Source: a virus. From it: a stretch of 64,000 nucleotides of DNA. Below the pieces are notes generated by a model, which was not told where the DNA came from, did not search any database, and was given only the letters and a program-made list of their open reading frames with translations. A program made the position numbers and the translations under genes. Location: positions 6,627-70,626 of IMG/VR virus record IMGVR_UViG_3300020204_004643. One strand, written 5' to 3'. Shown piece by piece: positions 9,376 to 19,153 of the stretch (position 1 is its first letter; each line of letters begins with the position of its first letter).

Positions 9376-10860
9376 ATGAAGTTATCATCAGTTAAAGTAG
9401 AACAATCTCTACTCGGCGCGTTAATTAAAAATCCAGAGGTCTTTTATGACTTGGATCATTTTGTTTCAGAAATTGATTTTACCAATGACATTAACGGAAC
9501 AATTTTTTCAGTTGTAAGACAGCTATGTAACACTAAGGAAAAGTTTGATAAAGTCATTCTTGCTCAAAAGATTCAGAATTTGGGGATTTCTTTTCAGGAA
9601 GATTTAGATATCTATGATTACATTGATTGTATTTCTTTGCCGGTCTCTAATAAAGATTCTGCAATTAAATACGCTCAGGAATTAAAAAAATTGTCCATAA
9701 GGCGCGATATAAAAAATATGGCGCAAAGAATTATTGAAACTGTCACCGGTAATTCTAATAAAGATATAAATGAATTAATAGCAGAAATTGATTCAATATA
9801 TGGACAAAAAATAAATTCCTTTGACGCTACAGATGAAATCAGAAATATCTTTGAAGATATTGAACAATTTATAGAAGAAAAAGGCAATCAGCCTCAAGAA
9901 GAAATAGGAATTCAAATTCATTATCCAGAGTTTTCAAGACTTTATGGTGGACTTAGAAACGGAAATCTATACGCTATTGTTAGCAGACCCGGACAAGGCA
10001 AAAGTTCTTTCTTGATGGAAATGTCCTTGGGAGCTTATTTGAAAAATAAAAAAACTCACGTTCTTTATTTGGACACAGAGATGTTCTCTGAAGATGTTAA
10101 ATTAAGAATAGCTGCCGCGAAGACAGGAATACCATTCTGGCATATTGACACCGGAAATTGGAGAAAAAATCCGGAAATGACTCAAAAGATGAGAACTTTT
10201 TTGTCAGAATATAAACAATATAATTATACTCATCATTGTGTTGGAAATAAAAGCGTTGACGAAATCATTTCTTTTATTAGAAGATGGTATTATAGTAAAG
10301 TTGGAAGAGGTAATCCTGCCCTTATTTGCTATGACTATGTAAAGCTAACTGGAGAAAAAGTGGGCGCTAATTGGGCAGAGCACCAAGCGATTGGTGAAAA
10401 AATAGATAAGCTAAAAAAAGTTTCAGAAGAAGTTAATTGTCCACTTTTTACCGCAATGCAAATGAACAGATCTGGTGAGAATTTTAATAGAAGTTCCGGC
10501 GGAGTGACTGATGATAGTTCTGCAATTTCTTTGTCTGATAGACTTCAGTGGTTTTCAAGTTATGTGGGCATCTTTAGAAGAAAGACTTTAGATGAGATGG
10601 AAAGAGATACTCCTGATTTTGGAACTCATAAATTAATTACTTTAAAAAGCAGGTTTCAAGGCAAGAATGCCGCTGGACATCAAGATCTTCTAAGAAGAAG
10701 AGATGCGAACGGAGATGAAAAATACGTTCAAAACTTTATAAATTTTCAAATTAATAATTTTAGTGTAGAAGAGAGAGGTTCTTTGAATGATATTATTGAA
10801 AGAGAAAGACAAACTTTTTCTTTGAATGATTCAAATCCAAATGATGGTGCTTTGTTATGA
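9376..10860 (+). CDS. dnaB: Replicative DnaB-type helicase
   Basis: VEQSLLGAL N-domain, SRPGQGKSS, YLDTEM, YDYVKL, AMQMNR, KSRF. Confidence 0.92.
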   Translation: MKLSSVKVEQSLLGALIKNPEVFYDLDHFVSEIDFTNDINGTIFSVVRQLCNTKEKFDKVILAQKIQNLGISFQEDLDIYDYIDCISLPVSNKDSAIKYAQELKKLSIRRDIKNMAQRIIETVTGNSNKDINELIAEIDSIYGQKINSFDATDEIRNIFEDIEQFIEEKGNQPQEEIGIQIHYPEFSRLYGGLRNGNLYAIVSRPGQGKSSFLMEMSLGAYLKNKKTHVLYLDTEMFSEDVKLRIAAAKTGIPFWHIDTGNWRKNPEMTQKMRTFLSEYKQYNYTHHCVGNKSVDEIISFIRRWYYSKVGRGNPALICYDYVKLTGEKVGANWAEHQAIGEKIDKLKKVSEEVNCPLFTAMQMNRSGENFNRSSGGVTDDSSAISLSDRLQWFSSYVGIFRRKTLDEMERDTPDFGTHKLITLKSRFQGKNAAGHQDLLRRRDANGDEKYVQNFINFQINNFSVEERGSLNDIIERERQTFSLNDSNPNDGALL

Positions 10861-11774
10861 TCGAAATAAGAGAAGTTTTGTTGAATATTGGCTATAGCAA
10901 TCTTAAAGATTTTGGTTCATGGTTTAGAACTAGACCTTTATATAGATCATCAGATAATGATACTGTCTTAGCTATAAATAAAAATACAGGATATTGGTAT
11001 GATTATAAACTCTGCAGGGGAGGATCCCTTTCAGAACTGATCAAGATTTCTTTAAATTTATCAGACGTAAAAGAGGCTGATGCTTTATTAAAAGATAAAT
11101 TTCAAATAACTAAAAGCAGTAAAAAAGTTGAAAAAACAGAAATTAATCAGCTAAAAACATACGACGAAAATTTGTTAAATGGTTTAATTAAAGATCATTC
11201 ATACTGGATCAAAAGAGGAATTCGTGAAGAAGTCGTTTCGGAATTCAACGGCGGAGTAGCTCTTAAAGGTATAATGATAAATAGATATGTATTTCCAATT
11301 TATAATGACGACAAAAAAATAATTGGGTTTACAGGTAGAACTCTTCAGGCGGGAGAAAATAAATTTTCAGCAAAGTGGAAGCATCTTGGAGCTAAAAAAG
11401 AATGGGTATTCCCTTGCCATTTGAATCAACAAGTTTTTAAAAATCAAAAATCTATATTTTTAGTTGAAAGCGTAGGAGATTTATTAGCTCTTTGGCAGCA
11501 TGGATATAAAAATGCCATAGTTACTTTTGGATTAAATATATCTCCCAGAATTATAAAGTTTATGATTCAAAACGAGATGCAAAAAATAATCATAGCTTTC
11601 AATAATGATTCACATAAAAATTCAGCAGGAAATCAGGCAGCAAAAGAAGCTAAAGAAAAACTACTTACATTTTTTGATGATCAACAAGTAGAAATAAAAT
11701 TGCCAATCAAAAAAGATTTTGGAGAAATGTCAGAAAATGAGATAGATTTATATATGAAGGAATTAAATGGATAA
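10857..11774 (+). CDS. dnaG: DnaG-like TOPRIM primase
   Basis: YWIKRGI, RYVFPIY, IIGFTGR, KWKH, FLVESVGD, IAFNND, KDFGE; directly follows dnaB. Confidence 0.85.
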   Translation: MIEIREVLLNIGYSNLKDFGSWFRTRPLYRSSDNDTVLAINKNTGYWYDYKLCRGGSLSELIKISLNLSDVKEADALLKDKFQITKSSKKVEKTEINQLKTYDENLLNGLIKDHSYWIKRGIREEVVSEFNGGVALKGIMINRYVFPIYNDDKKIIGFTGRTLQAGENKFSAKWKHLGAKKEWVFPCHLNQQVFKNQKSIFLVESVGDLLALWQHGYKNAIVTFGLNISPRIIKFMIQNEMQKIIIAFNNDSHKNSAGNQAAKEAKEKLLTFFDDQQVEIKLPIKKDFGEMSENEIDLYMKELNG

Positions 11775-12690
11775 AAAAGAAATCTATCTTTCAGCTTCTA
11801 GAATTAAAGCTTTAGAGACTTGTTCTTGGTTATACTACTGCAAATATCATTTAAATGTTCCAGAAAAGTCTAATTCTGGAGCGAAAAGGGGCACTATTTG
11901 CCATTTAATTTTTGAAATGCTTTTAAATACTCGGCACAAGAAGCATTTTAAAATAATCACAGAAAATAAAGACGCATTTGCTTCTTTGGCTATCCGCAGG
12001 TTAATTTTAAAAAATGCACGAAAAGAAGGAATTGATAATGAAGAAGATTTAACTTTAATCAATAAAATGATTTTAGTTGGTCTTGGAACTGACTTTTTTC
12101 CTAAAGGTGGCTCTATTCAAGATCCAGAGTTTGAGTTTAAAATTGAAGGCAATGGATACAAGGCAAAAGGATTTATTGATCTTCCTATTTTATACAAAAA
12201 AGAAAAAGTAGCAAAAATTCGAGACTATAAATCTAGCAGGGCAAAATTTAAAGGTGACGAACTTTCTGCAAACGTGCAGGCGATGCTTTATTCAATTGCC
12301 TCTAAAAAATATTGGCCCGAGTATAAACCAAAAGTTGAATTTGTATTTTTGAGATTTCCGAAAGAACCGGTTCAGCCAGTAGAATTTACAGATGATCAAC
12401 TTAGCGGATTTGAATATGCTTTAAAATATGTTTATGATAAAATTGTAAACTTTTCTGAAAAAGACGCTAAAGAAAACTACGCTGGAGATTCACCTAAAAA
12501 TAAATGGCTTTGCGAAGCTGGAAAATGGGTATGCCCCTTTAAAAATCCCTTGTTTTTTTATGGAGTCTATGATATAGAAGGAAACCTTCTTAAGACCTAT
12601 TTAACTTTGGAAGAAGCAAAAAATTCAAAAATTAATGAATCTCACATTGTAAAAAAATTTAAATATGACGGATGCCCCAGATGGAAGTAA
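11767..12690 (+). CDS. PD-(D/E)xK (RecB/AddB/Cas4-like) nuclease
   Basis: LSASRI...C, GTICH, GFIDL, DYKS, QAMLY, late C..C. Confidence 0.85.
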   Translation: MDKKEIYLSASRIKALETCSWLYYCKYHLNVPEKSNSGAKRGTICHLIFEMLLNTRHKKHFKIITENKDAFASLAIRRLILKNARKEGIDNEEDLTLINKMILVGLGTDFFPKGGSIQDPEFEFKIEGNGYKAKGFIDLPILYKKEKVAKIRDYKSSRAKFKGDELSANVQAMLYSIASKKYWPEYKPKVEFVFLRFPKEPVQPVEFTDDQLSGFEYALKYVYDKIVNFSEKDAKENYAGDSPKNKWLCEAGKWVCPFKNPLFFYGVYDIEGNLLKTYLTLEEAKNSKINESHIVKKFKYDGCPRWK

Positions 12691-13447
12691 GATTTTACCC
12701 TTTTTTAAGAGTCATTATAGTATAGGCAAATCCATATTAACTCTTGATAAAGCGGGAACTTCAGGCCAAGATGGATCAATTTCTATAATCGACTTGGTTA
12801 AAGACAATAATTTAAAACGCGCTTTCTTAGTTGAAGAAAATATGTCTTCTTTTTTGGATGCGTTTAAAAATTTCGCATCAATTAAGGTTCCATTTTTTTA
12901 TGGTCTAAGATTGGAACTTTGTCCAAATATAGAAGATAAATCAGAAGAATCAATCAGCAAGTCTAGCAAAATAATTATTTTTGCTAAGAACGGCGAAGGT
13001 TATAAAAATCTAATCAAAATTTATACTATTGCTTCAACAAATGGATTTTATTATGTTCCAAGAATAGATGAAAATAAACTGGCTCAATTCTGGAATGAAG
13101 ATAATTTAACACTATGTATTCCATTTTATGATTCGTTTATATTCAAAAATGTAATGACTTATTCTATTTGCTGTCCAGAATTTGCATTTACTAAACCTAC
13201 ATTTATTATTGAAAATAACAATCTTCCTTTTGATAAAATAGTAGAAAAGAAAATTTTAAACTTTTGCAAAGATCCAAATAAACGAATCCTAGCAAAAAGC
13301 ATCTACTATAATAAAAAAGAAGATTTTAAATCATATCTTACTTTTAGATGCATTAATAATAGAACAACTTTAAGTAAACCAAATCTTGAACATATGGGTA
13401 GTAATGAATTTAGCTTCGAAAGCTGGAAAGAGGTGAATTCGCGATGA
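12665..13447 (+). CDS. Stand-alone PHP domain of DNA polymerase III alpha
   Basis: KSHYSIGKSI, YGLRL, IFAKNGEGYKNLIKI, GFYYVPRID match the DnaE N-terminus; metal ligands look degenerate. Confidence 0.85.
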   Translation: MTDAPDGSKILPFFKSHYSIGKSILTLDKAGTSGQDGSISIIDLVKDNNLKRAFLVEENMSSFLDAFKNFASIKVPFFYGLRLELCPNIEDKSEESISKSSKIIIFAKNGEGYKNLIKIYTIASTNGFYYVPRIDENKLAQFWNEDNLTLCIPFYDSFIFKNVMTYSICCPEFAFTKPTFIIENNNLPFDKIVEKKILNFCKDPNKRILAKSIYYNKKEDFKSYLTFRCINNRTTLSKPNLEHMGSNEFSFESWKEVNSR

Positions 13448-14082
13448 TGGAAAATTTACTTAGATTCGATAAAGACAAAGTCTATACATTTATCGATTTA
13501 GAAACAGAAAATTTATGCCTTAATTTTATTAATAATAGACCTTGGCAATGCGGCATGATAAAAGTCAAAGGTCAAGAAATTTTAGGCTCTAAAAATATAT
13601 ACATTAAATGGGATAAGCCAATTCAGGTAGGCAAAGAAGCTGCAGCAATAACAAGATTTGATCCTTATAAGTATGCCAGAATAGCAATTCATTCTTCTGA
13701 AGCTTTTGTAGCAATAAAAGAATGGCTTGAGAATTGTGATTACATAGTCGGACATAACGTCCTAAACTTTGATATTTATCTTATTAAAGAATTTTACCAA
13801 TTATATAATGCGCCTTGGCAGCATTTAATTGAAAAAATTATCGACACTAACTGTATTGCTAAAGGTATAAAATATGGCATTCCTTATTCATCAGACTTAT
13901 CTTTGATTGAATATCAATATAAAATCGTAAATGAAAGAAGAAAAGGGATTAAAACTAATTTAACTAGTCTTGGTAAAGAATATAATATAGATCATAATTA
14001 CGAAACTCTTCACGACGCTTTAAACGATCTTCATCTAAATATTAAAATATGGAACAAGCTGAAATTTCAAATAGCAATTTAA
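13444..14082 (+). CDS. DEDDh 3'-5' exonuclease (DnaQ/epsilon-like)
   Basis: IDLETE, VGHNVLNFD, IDT, LHDALND. Confidence 0.9.
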   Translation: MMENLLRFDKDKVYTFIDLETENLCLNFINNRPWQCGMIKVKGQEILGSKNIYIKWDKPIQVGKEAAAITRFDPYKYARIAIHSSEAFVAIKEWLENCDYIVGHNVLNFDIYLIKEFYQLYNAPWQHLIEKIIDTNCIAKGIKYGIPYSSDLSLIEYQYKIVNERRKGIKTNLTSLGKEYNIDHNYETLHDALNDLHLNIKIWNKLKFQIAI

Positions 14083-16637
14083 ACTTCATCGAGTCATTTC
14101 AGAAATATGATTTAGGATTACATGGGCTTCGAATGCCTGTGTTCGATATTGAAGAAAAGCATAAGACTAAACTTAATCTATCAAGTTCAGCTTCTAATTT
14201 TGAATTTTTAAGAGAACTAGCAAGAGAAGGATTTAAAAAATTAAATCTACCTAAAGGTTCTGAAATTCAAAAAAAATATATCGATAGAGCTAGATATGAA
14301 TTAGACATTCTTACAGAACTTGAATTTATTGATTATATCGTTTTGATTTGGGATGTTGTAAATTATTGCAGAGAAACAAATATTCCAACTGGCCCCGGAA
14401 GAGGATCTTGTGCAGGATCATTAATTTTGTTTTTAATTGATGTTACTAAAATTGATCCAATCAAATACGACTTGTTCTTTGAAAGATTTATTTCAAAAGC
14501 AAGAGCAAAAAAGACTATTATTGATGGTATTACCTATTTTGATGGCTCTTTGTTTCCTGATGTAGACCTTGATATTTGCTATTATAATAGATCTAAAGTA
14601 ATTAACTATCTTGAAGAAAAATTTAAGGGTAAAACTTCCAAAATTTTAACACTTAATACTTTAAGTTCCAAACTCTGCATAAAAGAAGCGGGGAAGACAG
14701 TAGCTGAAAAGCAGGAAGCCGAAATGAATGATGTGTCTTCATTCATTCCTAAACTCTTCGGACAAGTAAGAAGTCTTGAAGAAGCTGTTGTTGAATCCGA
14801 AAAATTTGCAAAATGGACAGAAGAAAACACAGAAGTTTACAAGATAGCTTTAAAACTACAAAACTTAATTAAAAATAAAGGAGTTCATCCATCTGGATTA
14901 CTACTTTCTCACTCAGAACTAGAACAATCTTGTCCAACAGAACTTTCTTCTGACAAACAAGTTGTATCAAGTTATGACATGAACAATATAACTGCGTACA
15001 ACGTTAAACTTGATCTTCTTGGATTAAGAGGAGTTTCTGTTGTAGATGATGTATGTAAGTCTTTAGGTATTAAATATGAGGATATTGATGTTAATGATAA
15101 TTTTATTTATCAAAAGCTTCAAGAATTGAGAAATCCTCATGGGCTATTTCAAATTGAAGCAGAAACAAATTTCAAAGTTTGCCAAAAAGTAAAGCCAAAA
15201 AATTTAGAGCAATTAAGCGGTGTTCTAGCTTTGGCTCGCCCCGGTGCGCTTCAATTTATAGATCAATATGCGAACTACACTAATAACGATCATTACGAAA
15301 GCATTCATCCTTTTTTTGACGATATTCTTGGCGTTACTGGAGGTGTATGTCTTTATCAAGAGCAATTAATGAAGATGGTTAGCAAAGTGGGCTTTTCTCT
15401 TGATGAAGCAGAAATTGTCCGCCGCTGCGTTGGCAAAAAGAAAGTTGATGAAATGAAAGAATGGGAGCAAAAAATTAAAGATAAAATCTCCCAACAAAAA
15501 CTTGATCCTAAAATTGGCGAAATCCTTTGGAGAATTGCAAATGATTCAGCTAATTATCAATTTAATAAATCTCATTCAGTTGCATATGCAGCATTGGCCG
15601 CTATTTCTATTTACTTAAAGTTCAAGTATCCTCAACAATTCTTTTTGTCTTTGCTCAAGATGAGCAAGCATGAGCCAGATCCTATTGGAGAAATTTCTAA
15701 AATTGAAAAAGAATTAGCTTATTTTAACATTAAACTTCTTCCTCCTCACTTATTAAAATCAAAAGAAGAATTCTCTATAGAAAATAATGATATTCGATTT
15801 GGGCTTCTATCTGTAAAAGGAATTAGTGAGAAAACCATAACTGCTGTAAATCAATTCAGAGGCGAATTTAAAAACAAATTTGATATTTTTGAAACAGCAT
15901 CTCAAGTAAGTTTGAACATAGGCGTTTTGTGTGCTCTTATTCAGGCAGGAGCTTTAGATGGAGACTTTAAGCAGTCTAGAAGTAAATTAGTCTATGAAGC
16001 TCAGTTATGGAATCTTCTTACTGAAAAAGAAAAAGTCAACGCAAAATTATTTGCTGAACAGTTTGAATATGATTTAGTAAAGATAGTTATTCATTTAACT
16101 CAAGCTAAAGATGCTAAAGGTAAACTTTATATAAAAGAGTCTAGACTTGATACATTAAGGAAAAAAGCTGATCCATACAAAAAGATTTATGAGCTAAATA
16201 GTAAATCAGAAAGTTTTGCTAATTGGTTTTATGAAAATTCAATTATTGGATACAGTGTTAAAAATAAACTGAGAGATGTATTTATAAGCAAAAAAGACGA
16301 TTTAGTCTTTATAAAAGACATCGAGAGATTTCCAGAAAAAGACTATGTAGCATTCATTGGAGTAGTTAAAGAATGCAAGATGGGTGTTTCTAGAGAAAAG
16401 AAAACGAGATATTTTAAAATGCAAATCTCGGATGAGACTGCTAGCATCAACACAATGGTTTTTTCAGAAAATATTGACCTAATGCAGTCTTTAAATAATA
16501 AAGTTCCAGAAGAAGAAGATATTGTTATCGTAATTGGTCAAAAATTTACTGACTCAGTTTTTGCGAAAACTGTAGCTATTCAAACCCATAAAGTTTACAC
16601 AAAACTTTCTCAACTAAAAGCAGACAAAAATACTTGA
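14049..16637 (+). CDS. dnaE: DNA polymerase III alpha catalytic subunit lacking PHP
   Basis: GPGRGSCAGS, LFFERF, PDVDLD, GVHPSG, KLDLLGL, LARPG, YQEQLM, FNKSHSVAY, IRFGL, C-terminal OB fold; no intein seen. Confidence 0.95.
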   Translation: MEQAEISNSNLNFIESFQKYDLGLHGLRMPVFDIEEKHKTKLNLSSSASNFEFLRELAREGFKKLNLPKGSEIQKKYIDRARYELDILTELEFIDYIVLIWDVVNYCRETNIPTGPGRGSCAGSLILFLIDVTKIDPIKYDLFFERFISKARAKKTIIDGITYFDGSLFPDVDLDICYYNRSKVINYLEEKFKGKTSKILTLNTLSSKLCIKEAGKTVAEKQEAEMNDVSSFIPKLFGQVRSLEEAVVESEKFAKWTEENTEVYKIALKLQNLIKNKGVHPSGLLLSHSELEQSCPTELSSDKQVVSSYDMNNITAYNVKLDLLGLRGVSVVDDVCKSLGIKYEDIDVNDNFIYQKLQELRNPHGLFQIEAETNFKVCQKVKPKNLEQLSGVLALARPGALQFIDQYANYTNNDHYESIHPFFDDILGVTGGVCLYQEQLMKMVSKVGFSLDEAEIVRRCVGKKKVDEMKEWEQKIKDKISQQKLDPKIGEILWRIANDSANYQFNKSHSVAYAALAAISIYLKFKYPQQFFLSLLKMSKHEPDPIGEISKIEKELAYFNIKLLPPHLLKSKEEFSIENNDIRFGLLSVKGISEKTITAVNQFRGEFKNKFDIFETASQVSLNIGVLCALIQAGALDGDFKQSRSKLVYEAQLWNLLTEKEKVNAKLFAEQFEYDLVKIVIHLTQAKDAKGKLYIKESRLDTLRKKADPYKKIYELNSKSESFANWFYENSIIGYSVKNKLRDVFISKKDDLVFIKDIERFPEKDYVAFIGVVKECKMGVSREKKTRYFKMQISDETASINTMVFSENIDLMQSLNNKVPEEEDIVIVIGQKFTDSVFAKTVAIQTHKVYTKLSQLKADKNT

Positions 16638-16669
16638 TAAAACGAAGTTTTCTGGAGAATATAATCCAG

Positions 16670-17245
16670 ATGAATCTTCAATTTTATAAAGGAAATAAGA
16701 AAATCACCGGTACTGCATGCTCCTTTCAAGCGAAAGGGGCTTCTTTATTTGTCAACTTCATTAAGCAGCATTCTTGGAATGAGGCTAGAAATGTTGGATC
16801 TTTTAGAGAAAACGCCAAGAATCCAGAAAAGTCTGGCGTAGTCAAGTTTACTACAACTGAAGCCGCTGGAATTATTGATTCTATTGATAGGAATACGGAG
16901 TATAGCTACTATCACACATCTAAAAATGGTAACTCAATGGGAAAGTTTTGCCCCTATGTAAGAGATGGGAAGCAGATTGGATACTCATTTAATGCAACAA
17001 AAGAGAGTAAAGGAGATACGGTAAACAAGAATAGTTTTTTAATTGGTTTTTCTTTTGCGGAGGCAATTCTTGTCAAGCAGTTTTTGCTTAGATTTATTTC
17101 AGAATCATTTACTAAGATCGAAACTGAAAAAGAGTCTACTGATGGAGCGGAGCCCACTGCAGATAAAAAGCCAATTTATAATAAAGTTCAAATTACTCAA
17201 AATCAATCTGAGGCCGAAGCTCAGGCTGAAGAGCTCATTTTTTAA
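16670..17245 (+). CDS. Putative single-stranded DNA-binding protein
   Basis: Follows dnaE; aromatic beta-rich core and acidic-hydrophobic tail EAEAQAEELIF; ATG 16670 preferred over TTG 16634. Confidence 0.45.
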   Translation: MNLQFYKGNKKITGTACSFQAKGASLFVNFIKQHSWNEARNVGSFRENAKNPEKSGVVKFTTTEAAGIIDSIDRNTEYSYYHTSKNGNSMGKFCPYVRDGKQIGYSFNATKESKGDTVNKNSFLIGFSFAEAILVKQFLLRFISESFTKIETEKESTDGAEPTADKKPIYNKVQITQNQSEAEAQAEELIF

Positions 17246-19152
17246 TGCGAAAGAAAAAAATAGTCATCCAAACAGATTGGTCTCTTGCAAAAACCGGCTT
17301 TGGTAGAGCAGCGAAAGAGCTAATATCATATTTATACAGCACTAATAAATATGAAATAGTGCATTATTGCTGCGGCACCCATACCAACAGCCCTTTGCTT
17401 TCCAAAACTCCTTGGAAAACATTGGGCTGTATTCCTACTGATCCCTCTGAAATCAATAGAATAAATTCAGATCCATCGTTAGCAAGAGATGTTTCTTATG
17501 GATCCTATTATATAGATGAAGTAATTAAATCAGAAAAACCCGATCTCTGGATTGGAGCTCAAGACCCTTGGGCTTTTGGTCAATACTATAATAAAAAGTG
17601 GTATAAGAATATCACTTCTTTATTGTGGGTTACCTTAGATTCGTTGCCTATTTATGATGAAGCTATAAAACAGGCAAAAAATTCCTCTGAATATTGGATC
17701 TGGAGTGGATTTGCTACTAAAGAAATGCATAAGATAGGCGTATCTAATGCTAAAACAGTACATGGACCAGTTAACTATTCAAATTTTAACTATTTAGGAA
17801 TTGAAAAAAGAAATGAATTAAGGAAAAAGTATAATCTTCAAGATTCATTTATAGTAGGATTTGTTTTTAGAAATCAGTTAAGAAAATCTGTTCCTAATTT
17901 AATTGAAGGTTTTAGAGATTTTGTTAAAAATAATCCAGAAGTAAAAAATGCTAAGTTACTTTTGCATACGCATTGGAGCGAAGGCTGGGATATTTTTAAA
18001 CTAGCTGATGAATACAATGTTTCTAGAGAAGATATTTTAACTACTTATTTATGCAATAAATGCAAAAACTACTTCGTTAATTCATTCAAGGGGCAGGAAT
18101 TAAAATGCGGAGTTTGCAATACTGAGAAAACCTGCTCAACAACTAATCCTAGCAATGGAGTTTCTGAAAAGCAATTATGTGAAATCTACAATTTAATGGA
18201 TGTTTATTGTCATCCATTTACATCAGGGGGTCAAGAAATTCCAATTCAAGAAGCTAAATATTGTGAACTCGTAACTCTTGTAACGAATTATAGCTGCGGA
18301 GAAGACATGTGTGTTCCCAACGCTATGTCTATTCCTTTAGAATGGTCTGAATACAGAGAACATGGGACTCAATTCAGAAAAGCTTCCACATACCCATCTT
18401 CAATAGCAAAGCAGCTTCTTAAAGTCTATAGAATGTCAGAAGCAGAAAGAAGAGAAATAGGAAGAAAAGCAAGAAAATGGACAATCGAAAATTACTCTAT
18501 TGAAGTATTAGGGAAAGTCTTTGAAAATTTTATAGATAATGTGCCTTTTACTTCTTATGATTTTTCTTTAAAAGAAGAAGAAAAGAATCCAGACGCAGTT
18601 ATTCCTGATATTAAAGATAATTCGCAATGGTTGATTTATCTGTATCATAATATATTAAAAATGACCTCAGTAGATCAAAAAGATGATGGTCATAAGCATT
18701 GGATGAAAAGACTCTCCGAAGGAGACAGTAGAGAAAATATTGAAAAATATTTCAGACAAGTAGCTCAACAAGAAAATCAAAAAAATAAAAAAATTGATTT
18801 TGAAGAAATTTTAGATCCTAATGACAAAGGTAAAAGAATACTCTTTATCATGCCAGAAAGCATTGGCGATGTATTTTTGTCAACCGCATTACTTGAATCA
18901 ATTAAAGAAACATATCCTAATCATAATTTATACTTTGCTACAAAAAAAGAAAATTTTTCCATCCTGAAAGGAAATCCTTTCATTCATAGAATAATAGAAT
19001 ATATACCTCAAATGGATAATCTATTATGGCTAGAGGGAAGAGGAGATCATAATGGATATTTTGAAATAGCATTTCTTCCATATATTGGAACTCAAAAAAT
19101 ATTAAATTACATTCACAACGGTAAAGATAAAATAGCTTTTGACCTTAAGTAA
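17245..19152 (+). CDS. GT4 glycosyltransferase with CxxC...CxxC insert and a C-terminal GT9-like N-domain
   Basis: KTGFGR, RNQLRKS, CNKC..CGVC, SGGQEIPIQEA; C-terminal MPESIGDVFLST...LYFAT..ILKGNPFI. Confidence 0.85.
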   Translation: MRKKKIVIQTDWSLAKTGFGRAAKELISYLYSTNKYEIVHYCCGTHTNSPLLSKTPWKTLGCIPTDPSEINRINSDPSLARDVSYGSYYIDEVIKSEKPDLWIGAQDPWAFGQYYNKKWYKNITSLLWVTLDSLPIYDEAIKQAKNSSEYWIWSGFATKEMHKIGVSNAKTVHGPVNYSNFNYLGIEKRNELRKKYNLQDSFIVGFVFRNQLRKSVPNLIEGFRDFVKNNPEVKNAKLLLHTHWSEGWDIFKLADEYNVSREDILTTYLCNKCKNYFVNSFKGQELKCGVCNTEKTCSTTNPSNGVSEKQLCEIYNLMDVYCHPFTSGGQEIPIQEAKYCELVTLVTNYSCGEDMCVPNAMSIPLEWSEYREHGTQFRKASTYPSSIAKQLLKVYRMSEAERREIGRKARKWTIENYSIEVLGKVFENFIDNVPFTSYDFSLKEEEKNPDAVIPDIKDNSQWLIYLYHNILKMTSVDQKDDGHKHWMKRLSEGDSRENIEKYFRQVAQQENQKNKKIDFEEILDPNDKGKRILFIMPESIGDVFLSTALLESIKETYPNHNLYFATKKENFSILKGNPFIHRIIEYIPQMDNLLWLEGRGDHNGYFEIAFLPYIGTQKILNYIHNGKDKIAFDLK

Positions 19153-19153
19153 T

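Noticed and set aside
11767-12690. Cas4-like nuclease as part of a CRISPR-Cas system
   Set aside because: No array or other cas genes; replication-module context.
16634-16665. TTGATA...TATAAT promoter before the SSB-like gene
   Set aside because: The 20-bp spacer is too long for a standard sigma70 promoter.
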